A DNA stretch of 64,000 nt from a virus. Lineage: Duplodnaviria > Caudoviricetes. The notes beneath the pieces were generated by a model. That model made no database searches and had not been told where the DNA came from. It saw only the letters and a list, made by a program, of their open reading frames with translations. A program made the translations under genes and the position numbers. The stretch is taken from IMG/VR virus record IMGVR_UViG_3300022752_000014. One strand, 5' to 3'. This document shows positions 53,294 to 64,000 of the stretch, piece after piece; position 1 is the first letter of the stretch; each line of letters starts with the position of its first letter.

Positions 53294-56200
53294 ATGGGTC
53301 TCTCCAGATTAGATAATTTTCTGAAATCAGTTCGTGGCACAATCATCTACGTTGATCCAAACTCTCTTGACTCTACAGATAGTATTGAAAATCAAGGCAA
53401 CTCTCTGACTCGTCCTTTCAAAACGATTCAGAGAGCACTGATAGAAGCATCTAGATTTTCATACCAGAGAGGACTGAACAACGATAGATTTGGTAAGACT
53501 ACGATTTTACTTTATCCTGGCGACCACCTTGTTGACAACCGTCCTGGATGGATTCCAGATGGCGTAGATAATTTTAAATTGAGAAATGGTTCTACATCAA
53601 ATGATTTTACTGCTTTTGATTTAACAAGCAACTTTGACTTAACAACTCCTAATAATGCACTTTATAAACTGAATAGTATTCACGGTGGCGTCATTGTTCC
53701 CCGTGGCACTTCAATCGTTGGTTTGGACCTTCGTAAAACAAAGATTCGTCCAAAGTATGTCCCAGATCCAACGAATGATAATATTGCTAGATCTACAATC
53801 TTCCGTGTAACTGGTGGATGCTATTTCTGGCAGTTCTCTATGTTTGATGCTGATCCAAATGGTCAGTGTTATATTGATTATACTTCAAATCTATTTGTTC
53901 CTAACTTTTCTCACCATAAACTGACTTGTTTTGAGTATGCAGATGGAACGAATGATGTAACTATTAATGATAGTTTTATTGGTTCTTATTCAACAGATCG
54001 TACAGATCTAGAAATGTATTATGAAAAAGTTGGTCTTGCATATGGACAATCTTCTGGACGTGCAATTGAACCTGACTATCCAAGTTCTGGTTTAGATATT
54101 CAACCTAAGATTGATGAATATCGTATTGTTGGACCCACTGGTGGTTCTGTTGGAATTACTAGTATTAGATCTGGCGATGGGGTTACTGCAACAACGACAA
54201 TTACTGTAACCACCGCATCTGCAGTCAGTGGTTTAGATGTTGATACTGCATTCCGTATTCGTAATGTATCAGAGTCAACTTATAATGGACAGTTTGTTGT
54301 TACTGAAAGAGTAAATGATACAAACTTCAAGTATCAAGTTCAAAATGCTCCATCACTTGCACTTCCCAGTGTCACTAGTGCATCATTAACTCTATCATCA
54401 GATACGGTTACTTCAGCATCTCCATACATCTTCAATATTTCTCTACGTTCTGTTTATGGAATGTGTGGTGTGCTTGCTGACGGCGATAAGGCGAGTGGAT
54501 TTAAGTCTATGGTTATTGCCCAGTTTACGGGTATTGGACTTCAAAAAGATGATAAAGCTTTTGTTCTCTATAATTCTACAACTGGTGAATATGATGATAA
54601 TACCAAGGCAGGAAATGAAACAATAAGCACAAATTCAAGAGCAGTCTTTAAACCATCATATAGAAACTTCCACATTAAGACCATTAATGAAGCGTTTATT
54701 CAAAACGTTTCTATTTTTGCAATTGGATATGCAGAGCATTTTGCTACAGAAAGTGGTGGTGACCAGTCTGTTACAAACTCTAACTCTAACTTTGGTTCAA
54801 AAGCACTTGTTGCTTCAGGATTCCGTAAAAGTGCATTCCCACAAGATGACCAAGGATATATTACTCATATTATTCCGCCCAAGGAATTACCACTCACAGA
54901 AACTGCGATTGAATTCAATGCGATTGATGTAAACAAGACTGTTGGTGTTGCATCTACAGGACACCTTTATCTCTATAATCAAACAAACTCTGATACTTCA
55001 CCAGAAAATGTGCTGGAAGGATACAGAATTGGTGCAAGAGAAAATGACGCACTCAAAGTTCTTGTCTCTTCTGGTGGTTCTGTAACTGAATATAGTGCTC
55101 GTATTGTAATGCCTGGATCTCAATCCAGCTCTGAAAAGAAATTCACTGTTGCTCGTATAGGAACTGCAAATAGTATTTCAAATAGCAACACTCTAAACCT
55201 CACAAGTAATCATACATTCTTTAGTGGTGAATCTATTCGTATTATTAGTGAAAATGGACAATTGCCTGATGGATTGAATCCAAACGCTGTCTATTATGCA
55301 ATCACTTCTACTGTTGATGGTGGACTCAGTGCAAATCAACTCAAGATTGCAAAAACTGAAGGTGATTCAACAGTTGCAACGAATGCCATTACTATTAATG
55401 ACAAAGGTGGAATTCTATCAGTTGTAAGTCGCGTATCAGATAAGAATGCTGGTGATATTGGACACCCAGTTCAATATGATAGTACCAATAGTCAGTGGTA
55501 TATTAAAGTTGCAACTGCTTCTACTGAAAATAACATTTATTCAACGGTTGTTGGACTAGGATCCACTGCTCTTGGTGCAGCAACTCCAAGAACATACTTC
55601 AAGCGTAGACCAGATAATCGTAATTCTACCGACACTCTTTATAGAGTTAGATACGTTATTCCAAAGAGCACGGGATCTGTTGTTGCAAGACCTCCTGTTG
55701 ATGCATTTATCATACAAGAATCAAATACTTCTATTGGTGCAACTGATGCAGAAATTCAAACCTACTTTGGAAGTGGATCGCTTTCTAATGTAAATCAACA
55801 AAGAAACTTTAGATTTGTTGCAAATGCAGAATGGTCTGCAAACACTGCAAAGATTACAACTGAACTTCCTCACAATCTCTCTGTTGGATCACAAGTTGAA
55901 CTAGTAAACATTAAGAGTACTAATAATCTTACTGGTGCTACAAATTCTGGATTTAACAGAACTTATGCTGTTGTTGGTGTTAGTAGTGCAAAACAATTTA
56001 GTGTTGGTCTGAGTACAGATCCAGGCACATTTACAAATGACACAAGTGCTAGAACAACTGCTCTTCCATACTTTAAGAGAAAGGAATATAAGGATACGTA
56101 TTATGTTTATAGAAATCAAGAAGCACAGAAGTATATTGCAGGACAACAAGATGGCATCTACTATCTTACAATTCTAAATGCTTCAAATAGTCCAACTATA

Positions 56201-59158
56201 AGTCCATTTACAAATGAAAAGTTCTCACAACCAGTTAAAGAACTTTATCCACAAATCAATCGTGATAATCCAGCATCAGATCCTAATGAATCAACTTGTG
56301 CTGCATCATCTGCACTGATTGGACAGGTTGATGTTAATGATGTTCGTAATAGCATTACTAAAGAAACAGTTTCTAAACTACTTAAAGATGCTGATGTAGG
56401 TGTAGGTATTACTGATATTGTTTCAAATGCAAGTGGCATTGCTCATACAATTCACACTAATATTGATCACGGACTGAATAGAATTACCAAATTAACTCTT
56501 ACGAGTGGTGGTGCTGGTTATGGTTCTGGAACTGCTGGTGACCTTTACAATGCAAGACTTGTAGGATTTGCTGGTTCAGTTACAGGTGAACACGCAACAG
56601 CAAAAATCACAGTTAATGGTTCAGGAACCATTACTGATGTTAAGATTATGGACGGTGGTTCTGCTTATGGTATTGGTAATACTCTTGCAGTTGTTGGTGT
56701 TGGCACTACAACTGGTTACTCTCAAGCAGTAGTCACTGTATCTGGTGTCTATAATAACGTTGGAGATACTGTAAGAATTGCTGGTGTCTCATCAGAGGCA
56801 AATGCTTCATACAATAATGTCTACAGAATCACAGAAGTTCAAGTTGGTGCAGCAAAGAGTTTTGCCGTTACGTCAACAACTGCTATTGGAAATGGAAATA
56901 TCACAGGCATCGGTGCGACAGTTACTGCAAATGCTTATGTTTATCTGACCGGTGAAGCAATTCGTATTAGTGCTCTAACATATGATAATACAACAGGTAT
57001 TGCAGTTGTCACAACTTCAAATAATCACGGATTAAAGGTAGACAGTAAAATTCGTGTTGTGGGTGCAAATCAAAGTCTCTACACTGGTGACTTTGTTGTT
57101 ACAGAAAACGTAAGTCTTACCTCATTCAAAATGAATGTTGGTATTTCTACAAACGCTCCATCAGCAACTGGAACACTCTTTGCATATCGTGAAGGCATTA
57201 CGTCCAATGATGGTGTCATTACTGTTGATAATGAAAATCTGAATGGTAGAATGAATACCATTTACGCTGGTATTACTACAACACTATCCAGCCCAGTTAT
57301 TAATGCAACAACTGATCAAATCAATATCACATCAGTTTCTAATCTAGATGTGAATATTGGTGATTACTTGATGATTGATGATGAGATTATGAGAATTAAG
57401 ACTACTACATCAACAAGTAGTATCACAGGGGTTACAAATCCAATCACCGTATTCCGTGGTGTTCTTGGATCTAAGGCAACAACACATATTTCAGGAACAG
57501 TTGTAAGAAAAATTGACATCAAAGCAGTTGAATTAAGAAGACACTCAATTATTCGTGCATCTGGTCATACCTTTGAATATGTTGGATTTGGTCCTGGAAA
57601 TTACTCCACTGCATTCCCAGATAAGCAAGATCGCCAAATTTCTGCTCAAGAGGAACTTCTTGCACAATCAACCAGAAGGAATGGAGGTATTAACTTCTAC
57701 ACTGGTATGAATGACAAGGGTATTTCATACTCTGGCAACAAGAAAATGAGTTCCATTACTGGATTGGAGGAAATCTTTGACACCCCAATTCAGACTATTA
57801 CTGGTGAAGATATTGGACCACAACAAGGATTGAACGTTATTAATCCAATTGAAGGATCCTTTGGACGTTTAATTCGTGTTGAAGGTGGTAGTGATGGTAA
57901 GGCAACATCAGAGTTTAACGGACCAGTCATCTTTAGCAACAAACTGACTTCAACTTCTACAAAAGGTATTGAAGCATTTTCCTTGTTCTTACAAGGTGAC
58001 TCAACAGTTTCTAGAAAGTATACTGTTGGTATTGCAACACCAGCACTTGCAGGAAACCCAGGAGATATTGTATACCTAGATAACCCAACTGCGGGTGGTT
58101 ATGTTGGTTGGATTTATACCACTAACAATGACTGGTATCGTTTTGGTCCAATCAGCCTTTCCAAGACACTTAATATTGGTCTCTTTGATCAAGTTGGAAT
58201 TGCAACCACTTCACCAGGAACTGCAAAACTTCTGGTTGGATCTGGAACTACTCAATTCTCTATTGATGGTAATGGTGGAGTTGGTATAGGAACCACTGCA
58301 AATCAATTTAAACTGCACGTTAATGGAAATACTAATATCATTGGAACTTGTTATGCAACTTCTTTCTCTGGTGATGGCAGTGCTCTTACAAATGTAAATG
58401 TTGCTGCAGCTGGTTGGACTAACATTACTGGCGGAATCTATAACACCTCACTGAATAATGTTGGTGTTGGCACATCAGCTCCTAGATTTAGTCTTGAAGT
58501 TGGAGCAGTTGGAATTGCGTCAACAACTCTATATGTCAACGGTGAAGCAAAGTTTGTTGGAATCATCACTGCAAATAATGTATTTGTAAGTGGTATACTC
58601 ACAGCAACGGGTGCTTATAATTTAAATAGTTCTTCAGGTAGAATTACTGCTGGTGTTGTAACTGCTACTTCGCTTTATGTTGGAGCAAGTTCAACAGCAA
58701 TCGTTTCTACTGGTGGTTTGGTTGGCATTGGTACAACAGTCCCAAGAGCAAAACTTGATATTGAAGGTCATACAAGACTGAAGACTTATAGTGAAAACGT
58801 AGATTTAATCACCGTATCTTCGGGTATTGCAACTGTAGACTTGTCCAGAGCACAATCATTCATTTGTACTGCAACTGGTAATATCAATGAATTCATTGTT
58901 CTCAATGCTCCTGCAGGTTCAACACAATTCACCTTAAGAATCGATCAAGATTCTACAGGTAATCGTTCTGTTGGTATTGATACATTCAAAACTTCAGGTG
59001 GAGTCAGCATTCCAGTTTACTGGCCAGCAGGAGGAGTCATACCTGGTGTTACAACAACTGCAAGTAGAACTGATATTTACTCCTTCAAGACATTTGATGG
59101 AACGAATATTACAAGTTCAGGATTGTACGGAGTCGTAGTCGGTCAAAACTTCAACTAA
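53294..59158 (+). CDS. Very large virion structural / fibre-associated protein
   Basis: YVDPN...PFKTIQRAL N-terminus, pectin-lyase-like repeats, GIGTT repeats; late ATAAATA at 53256-53262. Confidence 0.75.
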   Translation: MGLSRLDNFLKSVRGTIIYVDPNSLDSTDSIENQGNSLTRPFKTIQRALIEASRFSYQRGLNNDRFGKTTILLYPGDHLVDNRPGWIPDGVDNFKLRNGSTSNDFTAFDLTSNFDLTTPNNALYKLNSIHGGVIVPRGTSIVGLDLRKTKIRPKYVPDPTNDNIARSTIFRVTGGCYFWQFSMFDADPNGQCYIDYTSNLFVPNFSHHKLTCFEYADGTNDVTINDSFIGSYSTDRTDLEMYYEKVGLAYGQSSGRAIEPDYPSSGLDIQPKIDEYRIVGPTGGSVGITSIRSGDGVTATTTITVTTASAVSGLDVDTAFRIRNVSESTYNGQFVVTERVNDTNFKYQVQNAPSLALPSVTSASLTLSSDTVTSASPYIFNISLRSVYGMCGVLADGDKASGFKSMVIAQFTGIGLQKDDKAFVLYNSTTGEYDDNTKAGNETISTNSRAVFKPSYRNFHIKTINEAFIQNVSIFAIGYAEHFATESGGDQSVTNSNSNFGSKALVASGFRKSAFPQDDQGYITHIIPPKELPLTETAIEFNAIDVNKTVGVASTGHLYLYNQTNSDTSPENVLEGYRIGARENDALKVLVSSGGSVTEYSARIVMPGSQSSSEKKFTVARIGTANSISNSNTLNLTSNHTFFSGESIRIISENGQLPDGLNPNAVYYAITSTVDGGLSANQLKIAKTEGDSTVATNAITINDKGGILSVVSRVSDKNAGDIGHPVQYDSTNSQWYIKVATASTENNIYSTVVGLGSTALGAATPRTYFKRRPDNRNSTDTLYRVRYVIPKSTGSVVARPPVDAFIIQESNTSIGATDAEIQTYFGSGSLSNVNQQRNFRFVANAEWSANTAKITTELPHNLSVGSQVELVNIKSTNNLTGATNSGFNRTYAVVGVSSAKQFSVGLSTDPGTFTNDTSARTTALPYFKRKEYKDTYYVYRNQEAQKYIAGQQDGIYYLTILNASNSPTISPFTNEKFSQPVKELYPQINRDNPASDPNESTCAASSALIGQVDVNDVRNSITKETVSKLLKDADVGVGITDIVSNASGIAHTIHTNIDHGLNRITKLTLTSGGAGYGSGTAGDLYNARLVGFAGSVTGEHATAKITVNGSGTITDVKIMDGGSAYGIGNTLAVVGVGTTTGYSQAVVTVSGVYNNVGDTVRIAGVSSEANASYNNVYRITEVQVGAAKSFAVTSTTAIGNGNITGIGATVTANAYVYLTGEAIRISALTYDNTTGIAVVTTSNNHGLKVDSKIRVVGANQSLYTGDFVVTENVSLTSFKMNVGISTNAPSATGTLFAYREGITSNDGVITVDNENLNGRMNTIYAGITTTLSSPVINATTDQINITSVSNLDVNIGDYLMIDDEIMRIKTTTSTSSITGVTNPITVFRGVLGSKATTHISGTVVRKIDIKAVELRRHSIIRASGHTFEYVGFGPGNYSTAFPDKQDRQISAQEELLAQSTRRNGGINFYTGMNDKGISYSGNKKMSSITGLEEIFDTPIQTITGEDIGPQQGLNVINPIEGSFGRLIRVEGGSDGKATSEFNGPVIFSNKLTSTSTKGIEAFSLFLQGDSTVSRKYTVGIATPALAGNPGDIVYLDNPTAGGYVGWIYTTNNDWYRFGPISLSKTLNIGLFDQVGIATTSPGTAKLLVGSGTTQFSIDGNGGVGIGTTANQFKLHVNGNTNIIGTCYATSFSGDGSALTNVNVAAAGWTNITGGIYNTSLNNVGVGTSAPRFSLEVGAVGIASTTLYVNGEAKFVGIITANNVFVSGILTATGAYNLNSSSGRITAGVVTATSLYVGASSTAIVSTGGLVGIGTTVPRAKLDIEGHTRLKTYSENVDLITVSSGIATVDLSRAQSFICTATGNINEFIVLNAPAGSTQFTLRIDQDSTGNRSVGIDTFKTSGGVSIPVYWPAGGVIPGVTTTASRTDIYSFKTFDGTNITSSGLYGVVVGQNFN

Positions 59159-59169
59159 GGTAGAGCACT

Positions 59170-61797
59170 ATGCAAAATAGTAAGCAAACCACTCTGGACC
59201 TCAACGGTCCCATTCTATCTTTCACAACACAACCAGTAGGAGTTGCTTCTACTGGTGTCGTTTCTGGGACTGGGAGTGGGATTGCTACTTTTACGGGCAT
59301 TGCAACAGCATCATTTATCACTATTGGTTCAGTACCAAACTCAGCAACAAATACTGGATTTATTACTTATCGTTGGTATGAAGTTGGTGTGGGTGCATTA
59401 AGTGACAGCACTTATGTAACAGGAACGGGAACAACAACTCTTACATTATCAAAACTTATTACTCCAACTGATAATCAAAGACAATTTTATCTAACTGCAG
59501 ATTATGTTCCTTCTGCATATGGATTACCTGGTGTTGCTGTTACGGTAGGAAGTGCAAGATCAACTGGTAATGCAATTTTAGAACCTGTAAACTCCAATAT
59601 CGCAACATTAACTGTCAAACCTTTAATTGAAGTTGTTGCTCAACCAACAAGTGGCACTGCTTCTACAAATGCAACTGCAACATTTAGATTAAATGCAGGA
59701 CTGACTGATGATTTCTTTACCGACGATTTAACCTATCAGTGGTATTATGATGGGTCTCCAATCACTGATGGAACAGTTACAGATGCTCTTACCTCAACGA
59801 CAACAACAACTGTAACTACATATGAAACACAAAATCAGACATTATATAGAACAGTAACTACGACAAGAGATAGATCAGATACTGTTACATTCACTTCTCC
59901 TGGATCAATCACATTACCCCCGTCATCATACAACGTAAAAGTTAGAGTTGCCGGGGCAAGAGGAGGAAATGGAGGTGCTGATGCTTCTGCTAGTGGAGGA
60001 AGTGGAACTGGTGGTAGATTTGGTGAATTTGATTACAGTTCTGGTGGAAGAACATTAACTTTTACAGTCGGTAAAAGGGGAAATGATGGAGCAAGTAATG
60101 CAAATAGTGGTGGTGGAGGAAGTGGTGGAGATGGACTAAATCGTGGCGGTAATGGCGGTAATGCAGGACCATCTGGAGCATCTGGCGGCGGTGGAGGTGG
60201 AGGTGGATCCACTGGAGTTTATGACAGTAATTATGGATATCATACAATTATTGCTGCCGGCGGTGGAGGAGGTGGTGGGGGTTCTTATGAAATTGCAGGA
60301 GCTCCTGCTAATCCATCTGCAGGCGGATTTACACCAGATGGTAGAAATAGAGCAGATGGAAATGCAGGAGAGAATTCAAATGGTGATGGCGGAGGCGGTG
60401 GCGGTGGTGGTGCCGGAACTGATAATTCACCAAGTCCAGACGGAGTAACAAAACCCAAGCAACTTGGCGGCAGTCGTGGTTTAGATATTGATAAGGGTAA
60501 TCAACAAGCATTAGGTGGAGGTAATGGTAGACAAATAGATGAGGGAACTGGTTATGGAAAAACTGGAGCAGTAACATTTGGTGGTTTTGATCGTGGAGCT
60601 GCATCATTTGGATTCAATGGAAGTCAAAACGACGGTGATGGGTATGGACAAGTTTCTTATAACTGGACTGAAACAACAACAACTCAAGAACCATATACGC
60701 AACAAGTTCAAGTTGCAGTTCCAACCACAGTTACAACTACCACATCATCTCCAAGAAATATTACATTTTCTGGATCAAGAACCCCAACTCTTTCTATCGT
60801 ATCTGATAATGTAGTTGGACTTGCTACAATTTTTTGTAGAGTAACTTCTGCAACTGCTGTAAATTCTCCAATTTTAAGTGATATTGTAGAGTATAAAGTT
60901 ATTTCATCAGCAGAAAATTATTTTGTAAATTTAGAGCAAATAGGAACTACAAGCACAGCATCATTAACAACATTTAATTTACAAAATGGAGAATATACGA
61001 TTAATCAACCAGCAGTGGTTGCAAACATTAATCAGATTGTTCTTTATGCACCTGATAGAGATATTAATGTAGAGATGGATCTCTACGGCGGTAAAGGATC
61101 TAACTTTGGTTCGTATGCTGGCGGGGAAGGTGGATTTTCAAGAATTCGTTTTACAATGACAAGAAATACTGAATATGTTATTGCAGGTCTCACAGCATCA
61201 GTTAATACGCCATTCATCTATAGAAAGGGTCAGTTAATTGCCTGTGTTGGTGGTGGAGGAAATGCAGGTGGATCTGGTAGAGGTGGTTTTGGTGGTGGTG
61301 TTAATAATGCTGGTCAGTCTGGATTTGGAAGAGGTGGTGGAAATGGTGGTGCAGGATTTTCTGCAGGAACACTACCTTCAAATGGAATCTTCGGTTCACT
61401 CACATCTCTAACATCAATATCTCCAGATACAAAATCAGCAATTCCAAATGCTGGCAGAGTTCTTCCCTGTGCAAGAGGAGTTTATTGGAGAGATCAAGGA
61501 TTTACTGCCTGCCAAGACGTTGGAACAGTTCAATTTAGATTGAGTGATGGAACATTAGTTACAAACACTGGATCTATTACTAGAGGATACAAAGCAGGAT
61601 ATGATATTATTCAAACTGCAGGTGCAAAGATTGGTAATGGAGGAAATGGTGGTAATGGTGCAACTGGTGGAGCAGGTGGAAATGAAGGTGGCGGCGGAGG
61701 AGGAAGTGGTTACACTGATGGATCAGTAACTGTTGTATCATCAACTCTTGGCGGAAGCACAGGCGACGCAAAAGTCATTATTCGCGTTGTGAGTTAA
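59170..61797 (+). CDS. Tail-fibre-like protein with Ig-like and glycine-rich domains
   Basis: QP...ATF...LTYQWY Ig-like repeats and two long GG-rich regions. Confidence 0.7.
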   Translation: MQNSKQTTLDLNGPILSFTTQPVGVASTGVVSGTGSGIATFTGIATASFITIGSVPNSATNTGFITYRWYEVGVGALSDSTYVTGTGTTTLTLSKLITPTDNQRQFYLTADYVPSAYGLPGVAVTVGSARSTGNAILEPVNSNIATLTVKPLIEVVAQPTSGTASTNATATFRLNAGLTDDFFTDDLTYQWYYDGSPITDGTVTDALTSTTTTTVTTYETQNQTLYRTVTTTRDRSDTVTFTSPGSITLPPSSYNVKVRVAGARGGNGGADASASGGSGTGGRFGEFDYSSGGRTLTFTVGKRGNDGASNANSGGGGSGGDGLNRGGNGGNAGPSGASGGGGGGGGSTGVYDSNYGYHTIIAAGGGGGGGGSYEIAGAPANPSAGGFTPDGRNRADGNAGENSNGDGGGGGGGGAGTDNSPSPDGVTKPKQLGGSRGLDIDKGNQQALGGGNGRQIDEGTGYGKTGAVTFGGFDRGAASFGFNGSQNDGDGYGQVSYNWTETTTTQEPYTQQVQVAVPTTVTTTTSSPRNITFSGSRTPTLSIVSDNVVGLATIFCRVTSATAVNSPILSDIVEYKVISSAENYFVNLEQIGTTSTASLTTFNLQNGEYTINQPAVVANINQIVLYAPDRDINVEMDLYGGKGSNFGSYAGGEGGFSRIRFTMTRNTEYVIAGLTASVNTPFIYRKGQLIACVGGGGNAGGSGRGGFGGGVNNAGQSGFGRGGGNGGAGFSAGTLPSNGIFGSLTSLTSISPDTKSAIPNAGRVLPCARGVYWRDQGFTACQDVGTVQFRLSDGTLVTNTGSITRGYKAGYDIIQTAGAKIGNGGNGGNGATGGAGGNEGGGGGGSGYTDGSVTVVSSTLGGSTGDAKVIIRVVS

Positions 61798-61830
61798 TAA
61801 ATACTTAAAATTCAACGGGGATAGTGAACC

Positions 61831-63909
61831 GTGTCAGTAAACAAGAATTTCGTCGTCAAAAACGGATTTGAAGTATCTACCGATCTTATTCTTGCAAACG
61901 CAACAACAAAAAAAGTTGGTATTGGATCAACAAATCCAAGATACAAACTAGATGTTGCTGGTGGCATTGGTGCAACAGACAGTTATATCAGTGGAATTTC
62001 TACAGTTATTAATCAATTTAATGTAGGAACTGGAGGAACAATTTTCACAGTTCTAGGTGTTGGCGGATCCATTGGTATTGCGACCGCTACTCCTGCATAT
62101 TTACTTGATATTCGTTCACCAGTTTCTACGGGACAAACTGCAATTTATGTTTATGGTGATGCAAGAGTTACAGGAGATTTAGTTGTTGGTGATGATTTAA
62201 CCGTTGATGAAGTTACTACGAGAAATATTAATGTAACTGGTCTCTCTACTTTTGCTGGAATCACAACGGTTACAGGAGAAACTTTATTTTCAAAACAGTT
62301 GAGTATTTCTGGTGTCACAACACTTGGAGTCACAACTGCAACCAATATTACTGCACAAAACTTAAATGTCAGTGGTATTGGTACAATCACAACACTTAAT
62401 TCCACTACTGGTACTATTACCACTGGTACTATTACCAACTTAAGTGGCACTAACGTCAACTATATTGGCATTTCTACACTCACGAATGTAAGAAGTACAA
62501 CACTTGTTAATACTGGTGTCACTACACTAGGAACAGTACAGATTTCTTCGGGCATCATTACAGCAACTTCTGGTGTTGTAACTTATTATGGTGATGGTCA
62601 ATATCTGGATAATGTCATTCGTGGTGTTGGTATTGGTACTTCCGCCGGAATTGTTGGATACGGAGCAACAATACTAAACTTCCAAGGACCTGGAATCTCT
62701 ACTATTACAGTATCGTCAGGCATTGCAACAATCAATATTACTGGTGGTGGTGGGGGAGGAAGTGGTAGTGCATCAATTGGTATTGGAACTACACCAGGTT
62801 CTGCTGGATTTACCGCTGGTATTGTAACAGCAGGTAACCTTTGGTATAATTCAAATCTTGGTAGAATGTTTATCTACTATCAAGATACTGACAGTGCTCA
62901 GTGGGTTGATGCATCACCATCTAATGTTGGTATCATCACCTCATTAGTTAATGTTTCATTTGCTCCTGGATCTGCATCTTCACCATCAATGTATTTTGTT
63001 GGTGATTCTCAAACTGGGTTCTTCTCTCCAAGTGCAGGACGATTTACTGTTGTATCTTCTGGATCTTCTATCTTAAACATTAATCCAAGTGGTATTAATG
63101 TAACTGGCATAGCAACAGCATCAAGTTTTGTTGGAAACTTAACTGGAACTGCTACTTATGCCACTAGTGCAGGAATAGCGACTTATGCCACTAGTGCTGG
63201 AATTGCAACTTATGCTACAACCTCTGGAGTATCTACAAGTGTTATAGGCGGTATTTCTTCAGTTACACAATTGAGTGTGTCTGGTATATCTACTGTAGGA
63301 TTTATAACAGCGACTAACTCTTACACCTCCGGTATTTCATCAGTAGGAACCGCAATTACAATGTATGGTTCCACTGGAATTGTAAGTGCGACCAAATATT
63401 ATGGAGACGGTTCTTCCTTATCAGGAATGAGTACATCAAGAATTATTAATGGAACATCAAATATAACTGTTGCAAGTGGTTCAACAATCTCTGCAACTGT
63501 ATCTGGACAAAACATTTTTAATGTAACTGGTATAGGTGTTTCAATGGTTGCTGGTGAAAGACTTGATGTATCTTCTTATTCAGAAAATGTAAATTTCTTG
63601 GGTTCTGTAAGTGGTACTACTGCATTAGATGTTGGAACATATTCTGTTTTTGTTGCAGATATTTCTGGATCAACGTCCGTCACTTTTACATTAAGTGGTG
63701 CAGTTTCTGGAAGATTATCTTCTGCAACTTTAATTTTGAGATTTTCTGGAAGTGCATCCAGAAGCGTAAGTTTGGCATTTAATCCAAAATATGTTGGTGG
63801 TTCTGGACCTACATATTCAACAACGGCAGTTACAGATATTATTTCATTCTTTACTGCGGATGCAGGAACAACTACATATGTATCGGTCGTAGGACAGGGG
63901 TTTGCATAA
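61831..63909 (+). CDS. Tail-fibre protein
   Basis: GTG start MSVNKNFVVKNG, GIGT repeats and LWYNS...QWVDASP; late ATAAATA at 61797-61803. Confidence 0.75.
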   Translation: MSVNKNFVVKNGFEVSTDLILANATTKKVGIGSTNPRYKLDVAGGIGATDSYISGISTVINQFNVGTGGTIFTVLGVGGSIGIATATPAYLLDIRSPVSTGQTAIYVYGDARVTGDLVVGDDLTVDEVTTRNINVTGLSTFAGITTVTGETLFSKQLSISGVTTLGVTTATNITAQNLNVSGIGTITTLNSTTGTITTGTITNLSGTNVNYIGISTLTNVRSTTLVNTGVTTLGTVQISSGIITATSGVVTYYGDGQYLDNVIRGVGIGTSAGIVGYGATILNFQGPGISTITVSSGIATINITGGGGGGSGSASIGIGTTPGSAGFTAGIVTAGNLWYNSNLGRMFIYYQDTDSAQWVDASPSNVGIITSLVNVSFAPGSASSPSMYFVGDSQTGFFSPSAGRFTVVSSGSSILNINPSGINVTGIATASSFVGNLTGTATYATSAGIATYATSAGIATYATTSGVSTSVIGGISSVTQLSVSGISTVGFITATNSYTSGISSVGTAITMYGSTGIVSATKYYGDGSSLSGMSTSRIINGTSNITVASGSTISATVSGQNIFNVTGIGVSMVAGERLDVSSYSENVNFLGSVSGTTALDVGTYSVFVADISGSTSVTFTLSGAVSGRLSSATLILRFSGSASRSVSLAFNPKYVGGSGPTYSTTAVTDIISFFTADAGTTTYVSVVGQGFA
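63154..63231 (+). repeat. 27-bp in-frame tandem repeat (about 3 copies, TYATSAGIA)
   Basis: ACTTATGCCACTAGTGC(A/T)GGAAT twice, plus a degenerate third copy. Confidence 0.85.
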
Positions 63910-63911
63910 TT

Positions 63912-64000
63912 ATGTTTAATAAAGCAGGAAAATTTTCTGGTGGTTTTACAAAAGTATACAAACCATCAATAACATCACCTACAGCGAATCAAATTATTGC
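63912..64000 (+). CDS. Start of the next structural gene, truncated by the window edge
   Basis: ATG 2 bp after the previous stop; frame open to the end (MFNKAGKFSGG...). Confidence 0.55.
   Translation, partial: MFNKAGKFSGGFTKVYKPSITSPTANQII

Noticed and set aside
53294-63909. Diversity-generating retroelement or invertible tail-fibre cassette
   Set aside because: No reverse transcriptase, recombinase or template/variable repeat pair seen; the GIGT and GITT repeats are protein-level only.
1-64000. CRISPR array, integrase or IS element
   Set aside because: No regularly spaced repeats, transposase or integrase motifs were found. The exonuclease at 28014 is the ordinary T4-like PD-(D/E)xK gene next to phoH, not part of a cas locus.
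1-64000. Genetic-code reassignment or programmed frameshift
   Set aside because: All core genes read through in the standard code at expected lengths, and no split conserved gene was seen.

Overview
A 64-kb segment of a T4-like cyanomyovirus (Kyanoviridae-type) genome. There are no host rRNA or housekeeping operons, and the T4 core genes are interleaved with cyanobacterial auxiliary genes. Left to right: (1) 1-7630, a translationally coupled glycan-modification operon (NodU/CmcH-type carbamoyltransferase, several glycosyltransferases including GT4, GT11, GT6 and GT25, and an HtrL/YibB-like protein). (2) 7626-11990, a Som-type porin and pstS, each preceded by a Pho-box-like repeat, then hli, petF, a second hli and a peroxiredoxin. 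(3) 12026-19659, late envelope/lysis genes: a C39-like peptidase and a GH24 lysozyme sharing an N-terminal module, an autotransporter-like barrel protein, an HEXXH protein, a thermonuclease and a reverse-strand cassette of secreted proteins. (4) 19695-23033, intronless psbA and psbD, each followed by a free-standing homing-type endonuclease. (5) 23030-30865, glutaredoxin, speD, a near-textbook glutamine (glnA-class) riboswitch ahead of a 28-aa peptide, thyX, phoH, an exonuclease, gp33, gp59 and gp32. (6) 30866-64000, baseplate and tail genes (gp53, gp48, gp2, gp4, gp54-like, gp26, gp51, two tape-measure-like proteins, a modular gp5 region with cp12 embedded in it, long fibre proteins), two tRNAs and a Mom-like DNA-modification gene. 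The most notable signals lie outside the ORF track: the glutamine riboswitch, an RBS-sequestering hairpin and late promoter on the psbD-linked nuclease, recoded 3' ends of psbA and psbD, an anti-SD switch in a 5' leader, and a candidate ~50-nt sRNA. All family assignments come from motif recognition by eye; no database searches were run.
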